Counted from the whole stretch's first letter, positions 22,026 through 34,933 are shown. The stretch: 63,485 nt of DNA, filler included, from Olpidium bornovanus S191 (GCA_017911155.1; 25 parts of 25 records of this genome joined end to end with filler, not necessarily neighbours in it); one strand, 5' to 3'. The notes: generated by a model not told the origin, from the letters alone. Program-made: numbers and translations.

Positions 22026-24127
22026 TCAAGCGGCAGACGCGTCCGGCAGCTCCCGCCGCGCGGCGGCGGCGGCCTTCGACATATTGCGCCGGTAGAGCCA
22101 GCAGCTCAGCCAGATGCCGACCGCCGCGGATATTACGCAGAATATCGCCAACACCCCCAGCATCGCGCCGTCGTGGGATCTGCTCCTGCTCCTGCCCATA
22201 TCGACGACGCGCAGCGGCCGGTAGACGGGAACCGGCTGCCTCATGGTGGCGTAGCCCATTTCCTCTAGGACCGAAAGCAGGCCCGGGCCGATCAGCTGCG
22301 GGACGGCCGGGTCGGCGGCTCGCGCGTTCGAGACTACTTCTTCCGTCATGTTTACGGGCCCGTCCGACACTGAGCGGACCGAAAAAAAAAATTAAAATCA
22401 GCAACGGGCGCAAAAACGAACCGGGCGCTCCGGCGCTCTCGCGGTCGGGTATTTGGCGCCACTCACTCAAACAGTCGGCGGTGGCCCTGTAGTCGGCCGT
22501 GGAGACGTGAGACAAAGTGCGCCCCTTCGCGAACCTGGGAAATTCAATAAACGCGATGGTCGTTTTCGTTGGGCCCCGGCGTTCACGCGCGCTCCGAGCC
22601 CTAAAAATTTCTTTGCCCGCGGAGCGCGAAGCATTTACCTCGGCAGCGACGTCTCGAGCCACAGTTTCCCGCCGCCCGGCCAGATGTCGTCTTGCGGCGC
22701 AACCGAAACCGGCCGCAGCGCCAGCGTGTGTGGCTTCACCGCCATCTCTTCAAGCTCCCGCGCGTACCGAAATTCCGAGGAATTCGAAAACAGGCGGACG
22801 ACGTCGTCGACGGTGTGCCCTTTGCCCGGGAGCCTGAAGTTGTTCATCCGCTCGATCCGCACGCTGTTCGGCTGGCCGGACGGGTACTCGTAGATTAGGC
22901 GATCTTTCAGGGGCAGAAATGAAAAAAATACGCGTCAGCGAGCGCTGCGAAGGGGCGGGGTGGATTTTGGTGGACACCCAACAAAACAAAACTCCGATAC
23001 CCCGAACCCTGGGGCTTTACCTATCGCCGTTCCGAAAAACCCGTGGAACGAACCGTCTTCGGTCAGGACAACTAACGGGGTGACGACTTCGCCGTCACCG
23101 GCGTCGCGCGGAGCCCAAGACGAACTGAAGCCTAACCCGTGCACGAGCTCATGGGCTGCAACGGAAGCCGGGCATCGGATGTGAGCGGGACGGGAAGCGC
23201 AGAGACAAAAAACCGCGGCGGCGGCGTTTTTTTGAAAAAAAAAGAAAGCAAAAGTCATTTACTTATTGTGTAAAGTAGGTCGAGTCCTTGCCCGATGGCC
23301 TTTCCCGTGGGGTCATACATTTCGTCCCACGAAAAAATCCAATCTCGTGCGCTTTAGAAACCCCCCAACCCGCTCTTCTCGCGTTAATCTCTAGTTCCGG
23401 CGGTCCTCGGTGCCAACCCCACCCCCCCTTTCCCCCTCCGGCGCAGGGGCGCGTTCGATGGGCGACTCACGCGTCGATCGCGACAAAGATGTCTGTCAGG
23501 TGTTCGTCATATTCGATGGACCCCAGCTGCAGCTGCTTAAGGAGGCTGAGCGGATACAGCCGGATGACTCCGTCGGTGTCCTCGACGAACTGAACGCCGG
23601 CAGGAGAGGCGTAGGCTGTCGAAAAAAAAACGAAAAAACAAAAAGGGCGACAAAACGGAGCTCAGGGCTTGTCAATCAGTTCACAAATTCCCGGCGACCC
23701 CGGCCGCATGATTCTTCTTATTTTTTTTTTTTCATTCTTTTTTTTTTACCAAGCGCGTCTTTTTCGGCCGGATCGGAGCTGTTGAAGCGGCGGAACGTCG
23801 CGTGGACGTTCACGTTGCGATTCAGGCGCAGGGCGCTCTGGACGACGCGGGCGGCGCTCCGCAGGGTCTTCGTGGCCGCGGCGCACCGCTCGTCGGCGCG
23901 CTCGCAGTCGAGCCGGCCCACGACGGCGGCGGCGCCGTCGTGGCGGCGGGCGGTCGTCCCCACGGTGCCCGGCGCCAGCCGGCGGCCGCGGCAGCAGGCG
24001 GGAGGGTTGGGGTTGGGGGGTTGGGGCCGCGCGCGCGGGGCGACGGCGGCGACACGGACGCGGGCCGGGCGGGAGACGCCCGGACGGAGAACGGAGGAGG
24101 GCGGCGGCGGCGGTGGGTCGGGGGGGG
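22026..24127 (-). CDS. Type I membrane zinc metalloprotease-like protein (HExxH), at least 7 exons, 5' truncated
   Basis: Spliced product includes C...C..ATKTLRSAARVVQSALRLNRNVNVHATF, RLYPLSLLKQ, DLLYTITHELVHGLGFSSSW (HExxH codons at 23139-23153), LETSLPRFAKGRTLSHV, DCLM, IGPGLLSVLEEMGY and a C-terminal transmembrane helix. All introns are GT-AG with consistent phases. Confidence 0.8.
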
Positions 24128-24979
24128 NNNNNNNNNNNNNNNNNNNNNNNNNNNNNNNNNNNNNNNNNNNNTTAATTAATTAANNNNNNNNNNNNNNNNN
24201 NNNNNNNNNNNNNNNNNNNNNNNNNNNGAAATATCTGTTCTGCGCTTCCCGACGCTACTGGAAAAATGTCTGCGGGCTTTACACAGCGGTTAGCCGGTTG
24301 AAGTGAGATGTAATGATGATGAGGAGGCCATCTGCCTCCACCGCCATGTTTCTCATTATTGCCGTCGTGTAGTGCTTCATGGCTTCAGTTGGTAGCTGCA
24401 ACATCAGGATCTCTTTCCATAGGAAAGGTGAAAAGAGAATGGGCAGCCGGGTCGCGACGTTGCGCGGCGATGATTCGGGTGACAGTGAGGTTGTCGTTGG
24501 TGATTCTGCAGACAACCCACATGACCAAAAGTGTGCCAGCTGCGCAAGTCACGTGACGTCACCAAGCTGTCTCGCAGTGTGTCTAGCTGCGCGGGCACAG
24601 ACAGACCGAAACTGGGACCGAGACCAAGACGGTGTTATAGTGTGCACCAGCGTGGTGGTGCCAAAGCCATAATATCGGCAAATTTCCTCCATGCAGCGCC
24701 TCCCGGAATTTTTCCGAACCAGCTGCCAGTACCGTCATCGCAATACTGGATATTGTGCGCGCTGTACGCTGCCAGCGTAGAACACACTAACCAGTTTCAC
24801 ACCATGACTAGACTCTCACCTACAGCTCTGAAAAACATTCGGGAACTTTTCGGATCCAGATCCAGAGCCCTGGACTAGAGCCTACGAATAAATCTCCAGA
24901 TTGCGCTGTGCGCAGATTTACGTCGTTTGCTCGTTCCAACCGCACCCAGGGGTGGCCGGAACATCGGCAGGTCCCCTGG

Positions 24980-25710
24980 AATTCTTCGTCCCACCAATTA
25001 ATCAAAAAGTTTGCAGCAATAAGCACGCTATTACCCAAAGCGCAAGGGTGTGTGTGTGTTGCTCGGAATTTGCGGAGCACAACGTGATTCAGAGCTCATT
25101 CAGCGACTGCCAACGTCCCTTGAGCATCCCAATGCAATGCTCGTTTTGCGATGCAGACCCGCGCCTTAACGTCATTCAAGCGTGCGTTATCGGTTCGCTT
25201 CGGCTCCTCGCCTTTGTAGAGAGGCATGCATGTTGGTGTGGCGGGGCGGGCGGGAGTCAGAGAGAAGATACTTGCCGGGGTGGAAGCACCCCTCGATGTT
25301 CCGCACAAGGTCCATAGTATGGGACGTCAATCATCAGCTCAGCTTCCGGGCAGGCCAATGTGCATTGCCGTGGCCCGGCAACGGTTGTCTCAGATGACTT
25401 TCGCCTTGACAGAGTACCTGGCAACTGTGAGCACCGTGCGAAAGCCCGTGAAAAAAAAAAAATCGTTGCTTCAGCTCCGCATTAGTTTGGTGCCGCACTA
25501 AATACGCCTGCTCTTTCTGTCAAAGCATACCTCACCCGGCGCGCCAGGTCGCTGGAACAGCGGAATGGTGGTTCCGTCCATCAGTCCCGCCCAGCCAGCA
25601 AACCTTCCCTCCGCGAATGCGACCAAGATGCTGTCCCTTTGCGGCAGTGACGGTCACCGTAATACTCGCGGCGCAAGATTAATGACGGCACTGATCACAC
25701 GTCAGGTGTA
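24980..25710 (-). pseudogene. PIF/Harbinger DDE transposase relic (DDE_Tnp_4-like)
   Basis: Collinear motifs across frames: FAGWAGLMDGTTIPLFQRPGAPGEVCFDRK, IGLPGS, FHPGKYLLSDS, PLYKGEE..DNARLN, EHCIGMLKGRWQSLNEL. In-frame stops and frameshifts are present. Confidence 0.85.
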
Positions 25711-26049
25711 CAGGGTTGGTGTTGAGGGTGAGGGTGAGGGAGCGGAAGGCGACAAGGGAAGGGGAAGGCGGTGCGTGAGTGTGTGGTGTGTGTGCGTGAG
25801 GATCGTGTGGCGTGCGGTGCAAGATGCTGACCGTGTGAGTTTAACGGGCGCCCGTAAGAGACCATTATGGGCGCAGTACTTGACATTCAAACATTTGACA
25901 TGCACTTTAAATCTCTAACCCGCCACAATTTACAGTGCCGGCTTTTCTGACCCGCGCGGCAGGAGCTCCAGGCGCCCGCCCCACCCCTCACGCCCCCCCA
26001 CGCGGAAAAGCGGCACTCGGGCCGCTTCGGCCGCTCGAGCGCCGCTTCC

Positions 26050-28182
26050 ATGGCGCAAAGGAGCGCAGGTGCGGAACGCCCGGCTGCTCGGATGCTGGCC
26101 GAAAGCACCTCGTTCTATTCCGACCGTCGCGGCGCTGTGGTCCCCCCGCCGGTCGAGCGAAACCCGGTGCAGTGAAAGCCGGTGCGGCGCCGCCGGGGGA
26201 GGATCCGGAGACTCCGCTTGTGGCACCGCGGGCGTTGCAGCCGTTCGCGCGTCACGTTTCCCCACCACGCGTCGGTGCGGGGAACAGCGCGGCGGGCGCG
26301 TAACGCTTGTTGTCCAAGGCAGTGTCAAGCTCACGACGTTGTGAACGTTCGTTGGCGCCTTCTTTTTCGCGCAGGGCCGTCGCCGACCGCAGACAGGCGA
26401 AAGGAGGAGTTGGAGAAAAAGAGGCAGAAGGTTCAGGAGCTGAGGAGGGCGCGGCAGGAGAAGACTAAGAATGCCCTGCTGTCGGACCTGCAAAAGGCGG
26501 ACAAAGAGGTAAGCGAGGGCGCCTCGCCGAACTGCTGCGGTTTGCGTGCGGCCTGATGACGTCGCGGCGAACTGGTACGGCTGGTTTGCTGACGGCCTGA
26601 ACGGGACCGGATTGGCGCCGCCAACGCGCAGGTCTCCTCAGTCACCAGGCGCGAACGAATAGATGTTGACGATCTCATTAGCTCACTTGTTGGCGAGAGG
26701 TTTTCTCCAGCGCCAAGGACGACGACGCCGACGCCAACGCCCAAGGAGTCAGCGGCGGAGTCCTCGCCAAGTGCCGACACGTAAGAGCACCGGGAACGCG
26801 TGGAGGGGGAGCTTTCTGCGTTCAATAGTTTGTTCTGGAACGCTCACGTTTTTTCATGGCTTAACGCCGTCCCAGCGCAACACAGAAACCGCCACTTGAA
26901 CGGCCGGTACCGAAACTAACAGAAGTCGACGTGGTGATGCTCGATATCCCGCCAAGGGTTCGTTTCGCTGTGTACATATATTTTCGATTACGCTCGCTGT
27001 ATGGTAGCCGCACACCCCCAGTCTGATTTTCGAGATCTGACTGAAAAAGCAAACTACGGTATACAACAAAGAGGTTCAGACCGCGACCTCCTGCTTCGAC
27101 GAGCAACCACCAGACGAGGAGGAAATTCGTGCACGGGTGCAGGCCGAGCTGGAGAAGGAGGAGCGAGACCGCCTGGCGCGACTGGAAGAGGAGCGCAAAA
27201 TTCGAGAAGCCAGAGAAGAGAGCGAAAAGGAGGAGAGAGCGGAGATTTCTGAGGAGGAGTGCAAGAAAATTCTCGCCTCAGACTCGTTCATAGAGTTCCT
27301 CGACAATTCCACGAAGGTCGTCGAGCGCGCGCTTAATGAGCCATATGACTTCATGAAGGACTACACGGCAGGGCTAGGCACGGAGATGTACGTTTCTCCT
27401 TTTTCCGTGCGAATATTTTTTTGATAGTGCGAAACGAATTCGGCGGCGTTGACGTGTTTCTCTGTCTCTCCACGGGGAATTTATTTTCGTGTTTTAAACC
27501 TGTTTCCCTAATACCTGCAGGGAGGCACAAACGGGTGTGAAATTGCAGTGTTCGTTTTTTGACGAACGGTGGTCCAAGGGCAGGGATGTGACGGATGTGG
27601 GGTGGTCGTCCAAGCACGCTGAGCTTCTGGTCTCCAGCTACAGCAGAAATCCAAACGCAATCAATGAACCGGACGGCATTGTATGCGTTTGGAATCTGCA
27701 TCTGCTTGGGCGGCCGGAGTTTGTCTTCCACAGCACGGTTAGTTTTCCGCTGCTTCTCTGGTTTACACAGATGCGCCTTCAACTTGACCTCTTCTAATGC
27801 CCTTTACGGACATCGCCTGTAGACCGATGTCCTCTGCACGATGTTTGCCCCGTTCCACCCAAACCTTGTTGTGGGCGGTACATACTCTGGCCAGATCGTG
27901 CTTTGGGACACGCGGTCGCGGCACCTGCCCGTGCTAAAGACGGCCCTGTCAGCCGCTGGACACACACACCCAGTGTACTCGCTGAAGATTGTCGGCAGTC
28001 ACAACGCACACAACCTGGTCACGGCGTCGACGGATGGACTGGTGTGCTCGTGGCAACTGGACATGCTGGCCCAGCCGCAGGAGATGATCGAGCTGGTGAA
28101 CCCAGCCAACTCGCGCACGGACGAGGTGGCGCCAACGGTCATCAGTTTTCCCGACAACGAGACGGGCTCGTTTTGGGTCGGC
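26050..28182 (+). CDS. Cytoplasmic dynein intermediate chain (WD40; Pac11/DYNC1I family), 3' truncated
   Basis: N-terminal coiled coil [19 protein letters not shown], then [65 protein letters not shown] and [14 protein letters not shown]. The ATG at 26050 is tentative. Confidence 0.93.
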
Positions 28183-28298
28183 NNNNNNNNNNNNNNNNNN
28201 NNNNNNNNNNNNNNNNNNNNNNNNNNTTAATTAATTAANNNNNNNNNNNNNNNNNNNNNNNNNNNNNNNNNNNNNNNNNNNNCATGCAATTGCGCGTC

Positions 28299-29243
28299 TT
28301 AGCGGCAAACGGGTTCCTCTTCGCCGTCGTCTGTGTCGACGTCAACGGTGGAGCTGACGCCGGCATTATCGTCGTCCATCCAACCGAAAAGCTGGCCGAC
28401 CATTTTCAGCACTTCGGCGGCCAGGCCCGTGACCGACACCTCGTCGCCGTCGTCGCCGGCAATTTTGATCGATAAGCGGCCGCTGCGCGCGCCGCATTCT
28501 TCGCCGCCGCCGCGCCTCGCGGCGTCCTCACCCTCGCTTTGTACGCGGGCGCCGCCCACGACCCAGGGCACTTTACCGCGGAGGTCCTCCGGACCGGGAC
28601 AGCCGCGCTGAGGGAAGATCCGCCCTCCGAGCGTCTTGCAGATGATGGCCTTCCGGCACTTGGCCGACTCGTGGCACGGGACGGCCTTGTTCGTCAGGAA
28701 GGGCACGAACGACGCCGAGGCGGCCATGCGGGTCCGCAAGTAAAGGTATTGCGTGAGCGCGTCTTCGTCCGTGCGGAAACGATTGGCGAGCGCTAAAAAT
28801 CGTGAGGAATCGTGGTTTTGGTTTAACGAACTGTGTGCATAAAGTTTAAAGCGGGAAAAAAAAAATCAAGCGCGAGCGGTCGGGGGCGGCGGACCACCTC
28901 ATTAAACCCGGCGGACGCATGCGGAAAATAATTCACACGTCGTACCAGCCCAGTCCTTAGCCGTGACGCTCTCGAGGCCATAACCGGCTTTGGCGGTGTA
29001 CAGCTCTTTCCAATGCGGGGAACCCCCCGGTTCATTGGCCTTTGGGAGTTCGAGGTAATAAGTTTTGTGATCCAGTACGACGCCGGTCTCCTCGTCGATC
29101 TCGTACACACGGAAAGATGGGTTGACACCCTTGTAAGGGGTGAGAGACGGCCCAATGTACGCGACGCCGATGGGAGACCCGTAGTCCCTCTCGGACGTCT
29201 GCACGGCCACGCTGGGAACAGACGAGTAAAAGACCTGGAATTC
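28299..29243 (-). CDS. Acid sphingomyelinase-like metallophosphoesterase, C-terminal part
   Basis: HTHKDEFQVFY, AYIGPSLTPYKGVNPSFRVYEID, WKELYTAKAGYG and a C-terminal C....C...IC module. Confidence 0.88.
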
Positions 29244-29571
29244 GTCCTTGTGCGTATGCTGACAGCGGGCATGAAGATGTTAACTCGCGGCGGGGCGGGN
29301 NNNNNNNNNNNNNNNNNNNNNNNNNNNNNNNNNNNNNNNNNNNTTAATTAATTAANNNNNNNNNNNNNNNNNNNNNNNNNNNNNNNNNNNNNNNNNNNNA
29401 GAACGCTTTCTGTCCCTCTCAACGCGTTCTGTCCCTCTCAACGCTTTCTGTCCTCTCAACGCAGCCCGACCGGCCAGTTCGGCTGCTCCCCGCCGGACCC
29501 CCGCCCCCGAACGCGGCATGTCGGCACAATCGAAGATCTTAGCGATCTTGTGCCGATCTTAACCCTAAGCC

Positions 29572-30552
29572 TTGGGCTTCCAACCTTCAAGCCAGGTGTT
29601 TGCCCAAGCGACGAAAGCCGTCGAGGGCCTGAGCATTCGCCGGTTCAAAAGCTTCCTCAGGGATATAATCGCCACCACCGATAATGCCGACCTGAAGCGC
29701 CGCGCGCAGGTCGTGCTCGGCTACGAGGAAGGGGGCACGCGCAGGCCGGATTCGCGCGTAAGAACAAACCCGCTTTCCTTCTGCGCATATATTTACCTCA
29801 AAATACAGAATTATTGACCTTCTCGCGTTGGAAGGACGCAAGCCCGGTGGGGAAAAGACTGAGGGTTCGTTTGGCGTGGTGGAGGCCACGTCCCTTTCGT
29901 CTACACGCTGCTTGGCGTATCTGACCGGGAGCGCCGTGATCACGCGACGTCCTTCCCCAGCTGGCATCTTCTGAAAACCCAACCGCCGCTCTGGTGGAAA
30001 CGACCATGCCGGGCGTGACTACTCCTCCCCAGCTGGCACCTTCTGAAAAGCAAACCACCGCTCTGGTGGAAACAACTATGCCGGGCGAGACTACTCTGAA
30101 GGGCGAAATGGACAACCATCTGACACAGTCACCACACGGGGCAAACGCCACGCAAGCTACTCATAACGGAATGTCAAACGTAACCTGCCGCATGATGCTT
30201 GGCGACTGCGTTTCGCGGAAACTGACGCCGTTCCACGCGCTTCAAGGAAGGCAATTCGACAAATCTGTGCCATGAATTCGAAAAAAATTCCAACACCAGC
30301 ATTATAAAGGACCTCCTGGATGAAAGTGTCAAAGCCGGAAAGGTGGGAAGTCTTGCACTGATGCTCGCCACGGGCTGGGCAACATGCCAAAATTGACCTG
30401 TTTGGCATTACAGGTGCTGTGCGCCATCAGGGAGCTGTCGGGTGCCAAGTTAAAGAAGGCGGCCAAACTGCTCAGTGAACTGGCCTCAGGCATTGAACGC
30501 CTGGACAAGATTTTCGACGTAATTTGCAGTGGCGGTGCTTCGTCGTTTTGCT
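29572..30552 (+). CDS. Hypothetical protein fragment with a 69-bp (23-aa) internal duplication
   Basis: Coding-like segments FKSFLRDIIATTDNADLKRRAQVVLGYEE, two PQLAxSExxTxALVETTMPGxTT units (about 29952-30097) and ELSGAKLKKAAKLLSELASGIERLDKIFDVIC. No family recognised. Confidence 0.3.
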
Positions 30553-31087
30553 GAGATAATTTGCGAAAGGTGTTTCTTCAGCAGTCNNNNNNNNNNNNNN
30601 NNNNNNNNNNNNNNNNNNNNNNNNNNNNNNTTAATTAATTAANNNNNNNNNNNNNNNNNNNNNNNNNNNNNNNNNNNNNNNNNNNNCGCACACCGCTCCC
30701 CAAATAACCAAACAATCCCCGGCCTGGAAGCTTCGTCGTCTCCCTCCCTCGTCGCGCTTCGTTACAAAAACCACGCAAAACCCGCCAGTTTTTTTTTTTT
30801 TTTTTTTTTTCCAAAATTCCTTCATTCCTTCGATAGATTTATGTTCGTATTAATTCAATAGCATGAGTAACATTAATAATATTCCTTCAAGAATTTCTCT
30901 GATATTTTATAGATGGTTAGATTCGACACGGCTTTTTTTTGTAGCTCTAGCACTGCGCACGCATATCAACCAAGACAAAAGTACACGTCACGTGACCCGT
31001 GTATTGAACGGCCCACCAAAAAACTTCCACCGAAACGGGTCCCCCACTACCCCTTTCCCCCAGAGAACAAAGAACAAAAGAAAAACC

Positions 31088-31661
31088 ATGGCGTAAGCGA
31101 AAACCTGTGCCGCTTCTTCCTGCCCGTCGTTGGAAGTCCCTCGCTCCCCGGAAGCGGAGCGCGGCGGAAGACGGGCGGACGCGTGCCGAACAGGAAGAAC
31201 GTCGCGGAAGAGGGCGGGACAGGGCCGGTGGCGGCAGCGAACTGCGTCGAAAGTAACGGCGACGGCGTGCAGCGGAAGGAAATAAAATGCTGCAGACGGA
31301 GGTACCGCGGAGGAGTGGAGGATTTAGGAGAGGATCCTCTTTTCTCCCCGTTCTCCGTTTGGCAAGCAAACGGACAAATACGGCTTCGCGACGACTCCGT
31401 TAAAAAACATCGATGCACCCTCTGACGCCGCATCCGATTTTTTGTTTTTGCTTTTTGTCTGTGGCTCTTTTTTTTTTATCGCGACGCAAACGGGTTGCAG
31501 GTCCAAGCCGAAGAGCGAGATGACCGAGGAGGAGCTCCGGAAGCAAGAGGAGGAAGAGTTTAATACCGGCCCGCTGTCGGTACTGCAGCAGTCGGTCAAA
31601 AACAACACCCAGATCTTGGTCAACTGCAGGAACAACAGGAAGCTGTTGGCCAGGGTGAAAG
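31088..31661 (+). CDS. SMD2: Small nuclear ribonucleoprotein Sm D2, first two exons
   Basis: A 5-nt first exon ATGGC|gtaagc, intron 31093-31500, then [53 protein letters not shown]. Confidence 0.96.
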
Positions 31662-31904
31662 GTAAAATTGTCCGATGGTCTCCATGATTTTTTTAAATAT
31701 TTAGTTGTTTATTTTTTTTGGCCACGGGCTGGACCGAGCTGCCCTGCGCGCAAGTACATTTCCTGTCGGCGCGCCGGGCACGCGGAAAAACCGCCGGAAC
31801 GGAGNNNNNNNNNNNNNNNNNNNNNNNNNNNNNNNNNNNNNNNNNNNNTTAATTAATTAANNNNNNNNNNNNNNNNNNNNNNNNNNNNNNNNNNNNNNNN
31901 NNNN

Positions 31905-34286
31905 CATGCTCTGGAACACCGAGAGGCGCCTGACACCGCCCTCCGCAAGGGAGGCCCTGCGCGCGGTCCTTGCCAGGCTTGGCTGCTGCTTTGGGTTGCC
32001 GGGCTGCTGGTGGCGAATCTGCTCTCCGAGGCGGGACACCTGCGCGTAGCTCGCGCTCACCGTCCTGCTGCGTCCCGCGGACTCGGACGGCGCAGGCTGC
32101 TGGAAGGCCCCCCCGCCGGCGCCCGCCGGCGCCGGGAAAGCCACGGCGCACCAGCACGCTTCGAAGCTGCCGCAGGCGCAGCAGGCGCCGGCGCCGGAGA
32201 CCGACCTGCGCGATGGGCGCCGGGAGATAACGGGGGGGACGCAACCGGTGCCGAAGTCGCCGTGCGTCGCGCGCCGCACCCGGCGTTGAATCCGGTCCGG
32301 TTCGGGGACGACCTCCCCCTTCTCCTGTTTCGTGGGCGACGTCGGGTTCGACCGCGTCGCGACCTTCGTTGCTTCCTCCACGCGGACGTTTATCGTTTTG
32401 TTGACCGCGTCGCTTTCTTCGGCGTAAAGGCTGGAAGCGGAGGACACGGAGTCGCGCTTTTTGGCTTGAGGAGACGAGTTGGCGGGTCAGGATCAGCGTG
32501 GCTGCCGACACGGCGCAAGCCCGAAAACCCGGGTAACTCGCAGCCGTACCGGACGCGTCCTTGGGTGTCATCGGGCTTTTCACTGAGACTGTGGAGACGC
32601 TACCTGAGAGCGCGGAAACGGCGCTTTGAACCGCGCGAGACTGGATGGAAACCGTGCCGTGCTCCGAAGGGACGGCGGTGTGGATAAACTGCACGTCGAA
32701 ACCGTGCGCCGCAAAAGTGAGTCGGACAAGGGAACGAGGCAAAAGTTAACAGGCAGTCCGGTCCGGACTCACGCAACACCGCTGGCCGTAGGGGCAAGAC
32801 CCCTTCTCCCAAAAGGTCTTGCACATCTGCAACGTCCGGTCCCGGCAAAAGAAAGTCGGAAAGCGTCAACAGCCAAAACAACAAATAAAGAGGGGGGAAA
32901 ATGGAGGACAGAAGTCTGGCGAACAACAAAAAAAGGCAGCCGCGAAAAGTCTGCTCCCCGCGAGCTTACGACGCTTTTGTGTTTCGGGTGGCGTTCGACG
33001 GTCCGAAGCTCTTCGTTGCCGTGCGCAAATTGACACTTTGCGCCGTACCTGCGCCGCCGAAACGGGCCGCGTAAAGAGAGAGGGGTAAAATAAAAATAAA
33101 GGACTAAAAACTTCGCGCGGAGCGCCCACCGTACCGGCACGTTCCCGTCTCTTCGTACGACCTGCAGAGCTCCGTCTTGTAGAGCGCCAGCTTCTTCGGG
33201 TCCTTCGCCGCTGCCCCAAGCGGAAGAGACGGGCTTGTGATCTGCGCCCCCGAGTGCTCGTTGGACAGGGCGTACCGGACCGCGCTTTGGCGCATATTGG
33301 CCTGAGCGACGGACAGACTTGTGCCGCTTGAGCTGCCGTTGTACAGCAGGGGCGGCGCGAGAAGCCGGTCGGAGAAAGCGACCGCGGTCGGTAAAGCCGG
33401 CGCACCGCCCGAAACGCTGGGCCGGGCGGAACCGGCCGCCGTGTCCATCGACGACCTCCGCACAAGCTGGGCGTCGCAAAAATGGTGCGCCCGCGGGCAG
33501 CCGTCCAGAAGGCCGGACGGCAGTGACGCTCTCGCCGCCGCGTCGGCGCCCGGACTGTGGGCCGAGTGGCGCCGCGCCAAGCAGCAGTGTTCTTTTCCAA
33601 ACCCGTCAACTAACGAAAACGGGTTCTCGGGCGCCGGGCCCTTGATCGCGAACCCTCGGTCAAAGTCGAACAGGTCGAGCAAGGCGGGGCGGCCGAGCGG
33701 GAGACCGTGGCAAGACAGGCGGATCGCGTCGGAGGGTGCGGTAGAAGCGGGCGGTCCTCCGGCAGCCAACGAAGGCATTTGCGGGCGACAGGCGGCTATC
33801 TCGCCGTCCGACCTGCCGACGTGGAAAGCGTCGGCGAGCTCCGGGTACGGCGGGCTCCCGGGGTCCGGCGGGCCGACGGTTCTTGCCCCCGTCACGAACG
33901 TGGGTGGCGGCGCGTCAGGTGCGACGGCCTTGTCGCCGGCGGACGCGGCTCCGGGAAACTCGTACTCCAGCGGGGATAGGTCCGCGGTGAAGGAGGAGCG
34001 CCCGTCGTGCCTCAGCTCGGATATGGGCTCGAGGAGGCCGGAGCGGCGGTGAGCGGCGGCCGCGTCCGGGACGCGCTGGCCGTGTTCGAGCCCGCGGTTG
34101 TAGCCGCTCGGGTCCACCGCCCGCGCGCGGTCGCCGTGCAACCTGAAGTCGTCCAAAAACCTCCACATGTCCGCGACGTCGCGACTTCCCTCGGCGGCGA
34201 CGCCGACCTCGACGCCAGGCGGAGAAGGCGCGAGCAGCGTCTCCGATATCGGCGCGCCCTCCTGACCGTTGGAGGGCGACCCTGAC
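31905..34286 (-). CDS. Tandem CCCH zinc-finger mRNA-decay protein (TIS11/ZFP36/Cth/Zfs1 family), partial
   Basis: LYKTELCRSYEETGTCRYG|AKCQFAHG..ELR..RHPKHKS|..CKTFWEKGSCPYGQRC..FIH, plus the C-terminal motif RRLSVFQSM. Confidence 0.9.
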
Positions 34287-34793
34287 NNNNNNNNNNNNNN
34301 NNNNNNNNNNNNNNNNNNNNNNNNNNNNNNTTAATTAATTAANNNNNNNNNNNNNNNNNNNNNNNNNNNNNNNNNNNNNNNNNNNNCCCGCGATAAAGGG
34401 ATTAGGAACTGGGTAGAGGTGGAACCGGCAAATCGTCTGATTTCAGGGCTGTGACATCGACTGGGACGATGACGCCCGCGTAGACCAATTGTAAAGCTCG
34501 TTACGGTGTAAATCTTATGAAACGAAGAGTGGACGGCGTGACCTGAACGCGGAAAGGCAGCATTTGCATGTGCCGGTGCCTTCCGAGCGCACGAACCTGG
34601 AGAGGTGCCCGCAGAAGGCGATGTATATACACACATTTTCGGGGACGGAGGAGGACGGGAGCTCTCTCTGGGGTCGCGCGCGTGTGACTGTTGTTTTTTT
34701 TGGAGAAAGTGGCAGTTCGGGGACGTCCCTAACGCCTTCCGTGGAGAACGCCTTCCCGGTTTTTGTCTGGGAAAAAAACCAAAAAAAAAAACC

Positions 34794-34838
<45 letters not shown>

Positions 34839-34933
34839 AACGAGAGAGATGCTGCGCAACCCGGGCTTAGCCATCCCGGATCGCCAAAAAAATAAATTTC
34901 CCTATTGTTTCGGGCACAGCAGGGATTCCGCCC

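Noticed and set aside
25290-25360. In-frame TGA codons in the Harbinger transposase as possible selenocysteine or alternative genetic code
   Set aside because: The same element has frameshifts, and host genes (LEU5, SFC1, the WW gene) terminate normally at TGA, so this is ordinary pseudogenisation.
29560-29568. TAACCCTAA as a telomeric seed
   Set aside because: Only 1.5 units, internal to the contig and compatible with chance.
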